A DNA stretch of 33,274 nucleotides from positions 1-33,274 of the forward strand of contig CAVPGK010000009.1 in the NCBI GenBank assembly GCA_963703955.1, read 5' to 3'. How positions within the stretch are numbered: the first letter of the stretch is position 1; each line of letters begins with the position of its first letter. A program made the translations under genes and the position numbers. Under the pieces are notes generated by a model. That model did not search any database, was not told where the DNA came from, and saw only the letters and a program-made list of their open reading frames with translations. The DNA comes from Nitrospirota bacterium. GTDB taxonomy: Bacteria; Nitrospirota; Nitrospiria; Nitrospirales; Nitrospiraceae. This document shows positions 26,783 through 33,274 of the stretch, in pieces.

Positions 26783-27442
26783 ATGCAGTCATGCGTTCGG
26801 CTCATTCTTTCGGGAGTTTTTCTTGGCGGATTGACCATGACGTGGTCGATGGCGATCGATCCGGCTCGTGCCATTGATGTGAATCTGACGATGGGCGAGG
26901 CGAAAAAGGCCTTGGCGTCGGGACGAGAACCGATGGAAGCTGCGAATAGTCCCGAGGACGTCAAGAAGGTATTGCAGCAGGCGTCGGTGGGGACGCGCGT
27001 CGGATCTGATCCGGAAAAAGATTCATGCGGAGCCAATGCGGTGCTTCGGACAAAACGGTACTGGCTCGAGTCGTTCGGACGCCAGGAGGCGACCGAGTCG
27101 AAAAAGCAAAAGCAGGAAGTGCGGATGCCCGATGAGAAGATCCAGAAGATTTTGGACATGCCGAACCTGGAGATGTCGGTCCAATTGTGCGGGGATGATG
27201 AATATTTTGCCGAGGGCGTGCAAGTGGCGCTCCAGCAGGGCACGAAAACAATCAAGCCGATCGATGTCGGCCCTGCCGATAAGGGCAGAAAAAACGAAGG
27301 GCAGGGGCAGCCTTACCGCTCACGGTTCACGGCCCGTTTCGCCTACGATAGCTTCGATCCGAACGCCAAGACGAAGGTCGTTATCTTTTTTCAGGATGGA
27401 AAGACGATTGAATTTGACACGGATCTATCGAAGGTGAAGTGA
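26783..27442 (+). CDS. Exported hypothetical protein (219 aa)
   Basis: AAGGAGG RBS; signal-peptide-like N terminus ending PARA|IDV; two Cys in the mature part; coding-like composition. Confidence 0.8.
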   Translation: MQSCVRLILSGVFLGGLTMTWSMAIDPARAIDVNLTMGEAKKALASGREPMEAANSPEDVKKVLQQASVGTRVGSDPEKDSCGANAVLRTKRYWLESFGRQEATESKKQKQEVRMPDEKIQKILDMPNLEMSVQLCGDDEYFAEGVQVALQQGTKTIKPIDVGPADKGRKNEGQGQPYRSRFTARFAYDSFDPNAKTKVVIFFQDGKTIEFDTDLSKVK

Positions 27443-27779
27443 CGTGACAGCCGGCGGTAGGGAAATTCGGTAAAACAACCTATCTGTTTTCTGGTGACGC
27501 CATAGTATATCTGAAACGGAAAACTCCAACCGCTTATCATCCAGTTTATCAGCGTTAATGCCTGCCCTTAGCCTGAGAAATACCAGTATCTAGATTGCTA
27601 CAGCTCCAGCCTACCCGACCATGCGGCCTTGCCCCAGTCCGCGCCGGGTGAACGGACTGAGCTGGGGAATTGATCGGACTAGTCGTTTCTACTAGGATTT
27701 TTTCTCAACCCGGTTGGTAGTACCCTTTCCCTGTTCAGTCGGGTTCCTGCTGGTGCTCTTTATGGTGTGGAGGCGGTCC

Positions 27780-29939
27780 ATGAGAGTTGCATGGATGATC
27801 GGTCTCATCCTGTGTACGACGACGGTCAGTGGCTGCGTGCGTGAGGAAACCTATGTCAAGACACAGGGGGAACTGGACAAGTCGCGCACGGCGCTGGCTC
27901 AGAAAGACGCCGCGCTCGACAGTTTGAAGAACCAGGCCGGAACAGAAAAGCAAGAATTGGCTGAAGCGCTCGCCCAAGAAAAAGCACGCTCGGCCAGCGA
28001 CCTATCGGCCATAAAGAACGACCTGTCCTCCCTCCAGGCCTCTCTCTCTCGAACCCAGCAGGAGCTTGAGTCAACCAGGAAGGAGCTCGAATCGACCAAG
28101 ACCAGCTACCGACAGGAACGGGACAGGCGAGAGGCATTGGAGGGTGAAGTCAGTAAGTTACAGAACGCGCGCGAGTTGCGCGACGACAACGACAAGCTGA
28201 GACGGGAGCAGACGTCTCTCCAGGCCAACATCGCTCATCTCGAACAACTCCTTCAGTCGAGCCAGCAAGTCGTGGAGAACGGCAATAAGGCACTGGATGA
28301 TGCGAATCGGCGCCTTGCGGCATTGACCAAGGAGAAGGAGCGCTTGTCCACCGCCCTGACCGAGGCACAGGGCCACGCGCGAGACCTGGAAGGAAAGATG
28401 ACATCGGAACAGGCCGCGGCAGCCGACGCTCAGCAGAACTTTGAGGAGCAAGCGAGGAAGTTTCGGGGCGAGTATGAGCAATTGCAACAAAGAAATACTC
28501 TGTTGAAGCAGGAGCGAGATCGGCTTCAGGCCAGGGCTGAGGGTCTCCAACGGCAGGTGCAGGCCGTCCAGCAGGAAGCGGCGAGTCATCAGGACGCGGT
28601 GAATGAAGCCAATGCTCGTTTCGCCGCGCTCAATCTCGAACGAGAGCAACTGATCGCGGGTCTCGCCGGCGCGCAACAACAGGCCCGCGACACCGACGCC
28701 AAGCTCGTCGCAGGGCAGGCGAACGAGGTCAAGGTTCGGCAGTCGTTGGAGGGTTTGGTCGGCAAACTTCAGGGCGAGCACGAGCAACTGCAGCAGCGCA
28801 GCGCCGAATTACGGCACGAGCGGGATCGGCTCCAGGGCAAGGCCGACGACCTCCTCCGGGAACTTCAGGCGACCCAACAGGAACTGTCGATCAGCAAGAA
28901 AGCGCTGGAGGAGGCCAATGCCCGCCTCGCGGCGGCGACCAACGAGAAGGAGCAAGCGACCGTCGTCCTCGCCGAGGCGATGAATCGCGCGAGAGATCAG
29001 CAGACCAACCTGGAGGCGGAGAAGGCGCGTGAGGAAGACCTGGCGAAGCGTCTCTCCGCGCGTGATCAGGAAATCGGTTCACTCCGCCAAGCCGCTTCCG
29101 ATCGGGATAGCGTAGCTGGCCGGGCCACCGAACTGACGACCAAGCTTGATGAGGCCAACAAGCGCATTACGGAGCTGAACAACGAGCTTTCGCTTGCCGC
29201 CGAACGCGCGATCTTGGCCGAGGAGGAGCGGGATCGACTGTCCTCACACGTGACCCAGCAGCAGGCCGACCTCTCTCAGGCGGAGCAGGAGCTCGAACGG
29301 TTGCGACACGAGCAGAGCACGCTGCAGGTGGCGCTCCAGCAGCATGAAGAAAGAGGTCTGAACGCTTCGGAGGCTGAAAAGGTTCGACTCGAGCGCGAAC
29401 GAGTTGCTAGGGAGGAAGGAAGCCAGCGGTTGACGCGGACGCATCTTGAGCTCAACCAAGCACTGCAGCCTGAAATCGCCAAAGGCGATGTCCGCATCCA
29501 GCAAACCGATGACAGATTGACGATCATCCTGCTGGACCGTGCCCTCTTCGATTCCGGCTCGGTCAGGGTGAAGCCCGACGGACAGAAGGTCCTGAAGCGG
29601 GTGAGCGACATTCTGAAGCCGGTGCCCGATAAGCACATTCGAGTCGAGGGGCATACCGACAACGTGCCGATGGCGTCACGCTATCGCGACCGGTTCCCGA
29701 CGAACTGGGAGTTCTCGACCGCCCGCGCCACGAGCGTCATCCGCGCTCTGCTGGAACAGGGTGGACTGGACCCCGAACAGGTGTCCGCGTCGGGCCACGC
29801 GAACACGAAGCCGATCGCAGGCAACGACACGGAGGAGGGACGCGCCGTCAACCGACGCATCGAGATCATCCTGTTCCCGAAGAATCAAACGGTCGTCGCC
29901 AGCCACGGTTCAGGTCATCCTGCGCCTTCCGTTCATTGA
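27780..29939 (+). CDS. OmpA/MotB-domain lipoprotein with long coiled-coil stalk (719 aa)
   Basis: GGAGG RBS; lipobox VSG|C; ~550-aa heptad-rich region; C-terminal LFDSGS, IRVEGHTDN, NWEFSTARA, NRRIEI peptidoglycan-binding motifs. Confidence 0.9.
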   Translation: MRVAWMIGLILCTTTVSGCVREETYVKTQGELDKSRTALAQKDAALDSLKNQAGTEKQELAEALAQEKARSASDLSAIKNDLSSLQASLSRTQQELESTRKELESTKTSYRQERDRREALEGEVSKLQNARELRDDNDKLRREQTSLQANIAHLEQLLQSSQQVVENGNKALDDANRRLAALTKEKERLSTALTEAQGHARDLEGKMTSEQAAAADAQQNFEEQARKFRGEYEQLQQRNTLLKQERDRLQARAEGLQRQVQAVQQEAASHQDAVNEANARFAALNLEREQLIAGLAGAQQQARDTDAKLVAGQANEVKVRQSLEGLVGKLQGEHEQLQQRSAELRHERDRLQGKADDLLRELQATQQELSISKKALEEANARLAAATNEKEQATVVLAEAMNRARDQQTNLEAEKAREEDLAKRLSARDQEIGSLRQAASDRDSVAGRATELTTKLDEANKRITELNNELSLAAERAILAEEERDRLSSHVTQQQADLSQAEQELERLRHEQSTLQVALQQHEERGLNASEAEKVRLERERVAREEGSQRLTRTHLELNQALQPEIAKGDVRIQQTDDRLTIILLDRALFDSGSVRVKPDGQKVLKRVSDILKPVPDKHIRVEGHTDNVPMASRYRDRFPTNWEFSTARATSVIRALLEQGGLDPEQVSASGHANTKPIAGNDTEEGRAVNRRIEIILFPKNQTVVASHGSGHPAPSVH
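28140..29054 (+). repeat. Three degenerate ~306-bp (102-aa) tandem repeats inside the OmpA/MotB stalk
   Basis: AN(R/A)R(L/F)AA codons start at 28302, 28608 and 28914; EQLQQR at 28476 and 28782 (306-nt period). Confidence 0.8.
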
Positions 29940-30191
29940 GTTTCTATTGGGCTTTCAATCCTCTCGCTTCCGACTTTCAGTACAAGAATCCTGAGGACAT
30001 CTCCATGAACAGGTCCAGCCTTCTCCAATCTTGGTATTACGTCTCCTCACCTGATACTGAAATACACGTATTTCCAGTTTCGCGTCAGAACCCCGTTTTC
30101 TGCAGCGTCCTGCACGCATGATGCTCTGGACATCGTTAGGAGGTGGGTGTAAGTTTGCCGCGCCCGCTCATGCGTTCGGCTCGGGGAAGAT

Positions 30192-32855
30192 ATGTCAGCC
30201 TCTGTTCCCTCAATCAGGGAAGGTCAGATCCTCACAGGGGCTCTGTTCAGCGAGCCCATGCGGGTCGAAACTGCTCGGCCGAGCGGACCGGACACGTGGG
30301 TCGTCGGACTCGTCGGCACGCAGACCGAACGCTTCCGCAGTGTTACTCTTTCCGCCTCCGACCTCAAAACACTCCGCATCCTGGAACCCACCTGCTCCTA
30401 CACTGGGGACGGGCACCTCCTTCGCTTGGGCCTACAAGCCTACGCCTTAGGAATCGCGTACGAGTTCGATCCCTACTTCGGGCTCTCCATCTCCCGCGTT
30501 GATCCACTTCCCCATCAGCTTGAAGCCATCTATGACCATCTCCTGAAACTGGCCCGTGTCCGGTTCCTCCTGGCCGACGATGCCGGAGCTGGCAAGACCA
30601 TCATGGCGGGCCTGCTGATCCGCGAGTTGAAACTGCGCGGCTTGGCCGAACGCATCCTCATCGTCTGTCCAGCCAACCTAGCGTTCCAATGGCAGCGTGA
30701 GTTGAATGAGAAGTTCGACGAGAGGTTTCACGTGATCAGAGGCGATGCCATTCGCGACCAATTCGGCATCAACCAGTGGATTGAACACAAGCAAATCCTC
30801 ACTTCCCTGGACCTTGCCAAACGAACGGACATTCTGCCCGGTCTTAAACAGGTCCATTGGGATCTGGTCATCGTGGACGAAGCCCATCGCATGTCGGCTG
30901 CAGACGCTGAGCACAAGAGCCAACGCTACAGGCTCGGAGAATTGCTGCGCGACACCAGCGACCATCTCCTGCTCCTGACGGCAACGCCCCACAAGGGGAT
31001 TGCTGAAAATTTCAGCCTCTTCCTGCAATTGCTGGATCAGGATGCCTATGCAGATGTGCGATCAATCCGGGCGGCAATGGAACAGCGGCGCGCGCCCTTT
31101 TATCTCCGCCGCACCAAGGAGGCGATGGTCTATTTCCCGGAGCGTCAGGCGGACGGGAAATGGGTAGCGCGCAAAATCTTCACGAAGCGCATCCCACATA
31201 CCGCGGACTTCAAAATTGACGGGGACGAAGACCGGCTGTATCGCGACGTCACGGCCTATGTGAAGGCGCAGTCGTACAAGGCGGCTACCGAAGAGGATGA
31301 CCCTCGCTCCAGGGCGGTCGGCTTTTTGATGGCCATGTACCAACGCCGCCTGGCTTCGAGCACTTTTGCCCTTCACCGCTCGCTCGAGAACCGGGCCAAG
31401 CGGCTGGACGAAGGGCTCAGGCGAGCCCAGGAACTGGCTCGCCAAGCGCCACCGGAAATTCCCGATCCCGAAGAGTTCGAGGAAATGGAAGAAGCCCAGC
31501 GGGAACGGCTGGAAGAGATCCTCGAGGCAGTCACCTTATCCCAGAACCCGCAACAGGTCCGAGACGAGATCGCCGAACTGAAGGCCCTCGCTGTTCAGGC
31601 GCAGCAAGTTGAAGACGCAGGCGTCGAAGCCAAGCTCTCCCGTCTGAAAGACCTTCTGCATGAGCAGGGCTTCTTCGATCATCCGGATCAACGGCTGCTG
31701 CTGTTCACCGAGTTCAAGGACACCCTGGACTATCTGGTGGCACGCCTCAAGACCTGGGGCTTTCGCGTCGGATTCATCCACGGGAGCATGAAATCCGGCT
31801 CCCGCGATGAGCCGGGAAGCCGCCTGTACGCCGAGCAGCAGTTCAAAGACGGCGCGATCCAGGTCCTCGTGGCGACTGAAGCGGCCGGGGAGGGGATCAA
31901 TCTCCAATGCTGCCACATCCTCTTCAACTACGACATCCCCTGGAATCCGAATCGCCTGGAGCAACGGATGGGTCGCATCCACCGCTACGGGCAGACGAAG
32001 GACTGCCTGATCTTCAACTTCGTCGCGACGAACACCATTGAGGGCCGCGTGTTGCAGAAGCTCCTGGAGAAGCTGCAGGAAATCCGGGACGCGCTGGACG
32101 ACGATGCCGTCTTCAACGTCGTGGGCGAGATTCTGCCCGCGGCCCACTTGGAGCGGGTGCTGCGCGAGTACTACGCGGGCCGCATGGGGGCGGCAGACCT
32201 GGAGGATCGGCTCCTGCGGGATGTGAAGGAAGATCGTTTCCGGGACATCTGCCGGAACGCCCTGGAAGGCCTGGCATCGAAGAAGCTGAACCTCGAAATG
32301 CTCATCGAGCGACGCGCGCGAGCGCAGGAGCGTCGCGTCGTGCCGGAGACCATCGCGCGCTTCATGCGCGAGGCCTCTCCGTTCATCCCTTTTGCATTGA
32401 AACCGGTCCCCTCGCTGCCCCACGCCTTTGAACCAGGAAGCACCCCGGCAGTACTGAAGGGCTACGAGAGCGATCAGGATTGGAAGCTGCCGGCGTTAGC
32501 GAGCCGGTACCCGCGTCTCTCGACGGACCGCGAGACCGCCGAAGGTCACAACCTCGAATGGGTGACGCCGGGGCATCCGCTCTTTGAGGCGCTTCGGCGC
32601 CATGCCTTCGCACAGTCGAGGGAAAGTTTCTCGACCGGCGCCTGTTTCCATTCGCTCGACTATGCCGCGCCGGCCCGGATTGACTTCTATCGCGCCAAGG
32701 TTGTGGACGGTCTCGGCCAGGTCGTGCACGAACGGTTGTTCGCCGTGCAGACCACGGAAGACGGGACCCCAAGCCTCCGGGAGCCGAGCATCCTCGGGAA
32801 ACTGGAAACCGGCTCAACGACCCAAAGACCTATCGGCCGTGGCTGGACTCCCTGA
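30192..32855 (+). CDS. SNF2-family helicase (defence-associated type), interrupted by a frameshift near 32800
   Basis: PLPHQ, LLADDAGAGKT, VDEAH, LTATPH, LRRTKE, ATEAAGEGINLQ, PWNPNRLEQRMGRIHRYGQ. Confidence 0.92.
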   Translation: MSASVPSIREGQILTGALFSEPMRVETARPSGPDTWVVGLVGTQTERFRSVTLSASDLKTLRILEPTCSYTGDGHLLRLGLQAYALGIAYEFDPYFGLSISRVDPLPHQLEAIYDHLLKLARVRFLLADDAGAGKTIMAGLLIRELKLRGLAERILIVCPANLAFQWQRELNEKFDERFHVIRGDAIRDQFGINQWIEHKQILTSLDLAKRTDILPGLKQVHWDLVIVDEAHRMSAADAEHKSQRYRLGELLRDTSDHLLLLTATPHKGIAENFSLFLQLLDQDAYADVRSIRAAMEQRRAPFYLRRTKEAMVYFPERQADGKWVARKIFTKRIPHTADFKIDGDEDRLYRDVTAYVKAQSYKAATEEDDPRSRAVGFLMAMYQRRLASSTFALHRSLENRAKRLDEGLRRAQELARQAPPEIPDPEEFEEMEEAQRERLEEILEAVTLSQNPQQVRDEIAELKALAVQAQQVEDAGVEAKLSRLKDLLHEQGFFDHPDQRLLLFTEFKDTLDYLVARLKTWGFRVGFIHGSMKSGSRDEPGSRLYAEQQFKDGAIQVLVATEAAGEGINLQCCHILFNYDIPWNPNRLEQRMGRIHRYGQTKDCLIFNFVATNTIEGRVLQKLLEKLQEIRDALDDDAVFNVVGEILPAAHLERVLREYYAGRMGAADLEDRLLRDVKEDRFRDICRNALEGLASKKLNLEMLIERRARAQERRVVPETIARFMREASPFIPFALKPVPSLPHAFEPGSTPAVLKGYESDQDWKLPALASRYPRLSTDRETAEGHNLEWVTPGHPLFEALRRHAFAQSRESFSTGACFHSLDYAAPARIDFYRAKVVDGLGQVVHERLFAVQTTEDGTPSLREPSILGKLETGSTTQRPIGRGWTP

Positions 32856-33274
32856 GGACCGGGCTTGGCTTACGGGAAAGGCCCTCGCGCCGTTTCTCGA
32901 AGAAGTCCGGGCAGAGCGCCTGGCTGAGGTGGACCGGATCAAGGCCCACGTCGAGCTCTCGTTGACGGAACTGCTGGAGAAAGAGGACCGGCTCATCGGA
33001 CGCTTTGCCGATGATGTGGAGCACGGGGCGGAGGGCGCGACGGGTTTGCTGAAGGCGGCGGAGGAGCGACATGCGGCACTGCACGTGCGCCGGGAACGGC
33101 GGCGGCATGATCTGGATCGGCAGCGCTCCTTGACGCTCCAAGGAGTCGAGCGGCTGGCCAGCGTGCTCGTCTTGCCGCATCCGGACCGTGACAAACCGGA
33201 CGTGAAAAACCTTCGCAACGATCCGGAGACCGAAGCGATCGCCATGCGGGTTGCGATGGAATACGAGCGTGCGC
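32806..33274 (+). CDS. C-terminal continuation of the SNF2 helicase in the +1 frame (runs off window; probable start of a DUF3883 domain)
   Basis: Stop-free frame KPAQRPKDLSAVAGLPEDRAWL...LAPFLEEVRAERLAEV...VLVLPHP...ETEAIAMRVAMEYERA to the window end. Confidence 0.8.

Noticed and set aside
26783..27442. Exported protein as the MNIO precursor/substrate
   Set aside because: It has its own good promoter, is 219 aa and globular-looking, and has only two mature Cys with no repeated core motif; not excluded but unsupported
27780..29939. Flagellar stator MotB
   Set aside because: No motA partner and no N-terminal TM with the conserved Asp; it has a lipobox instead
14051..32423. Long antisense ORFs (e.g. 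14051..14719, 16724..17458, 24086..24823, 28158..28787, 31536..32423)
   Set aside because: They lie opposite well-supported genes and are typical shadow ORFs of GC-rich coding DNA

Overview
A 33-kb, moderately GC-rich bacterial chromosomal segment. Gene content and order resemble Nitrospira/Nitrospirota (inference only). From left to right: the 3' end of gltX with tRNA-Gln(CTG) and tRNA-Glu(CTC); a ~4.7-kb accessory-looking stretch (large CorA-like GMN membrane protein, two tiny coupled hydrophobic ORFs, a small CxxC/CxxC protein, an orphan type IV pilin); a co-oriented cluster with a deoxyhypusine-synthase-like enzyme, a stand-alone GGQ rescue factor, DsbA-like protein, Zn-ribbon protein, aldehyde dehydrogenase, pyruvoyl arginine decarboxylase, agmatinase and an S4 pseudouridine synthase; a minus-strand HlyD-TolC-ABC cassette with an apparently dead ATPase site plus a signalling-domain-less four-helix-bundle sensor; purE-purK; LOG-DHH-rhomboid divergent from a DUF692 (MNIO) fusion-Dus-Maf operon; an exported hypothetical protein; an OmpA/MotB lipoprotein with three ~102-aa coiled-coil repeats; and the start of a SNF2-helicase defence-type gene running off the right edge. 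The most notable items are the precursor-less MNIO fusion among tRNA/nucleotide enzymes, the degenerate-ATPase export cassette, the putative homospermidine pathway and the orphan CorA-like protein. Three single-base indels (two in the rhomboid, one in the helicase) may be sequencing errors. All family assignments come from motif recognition by eye; no searches were run.
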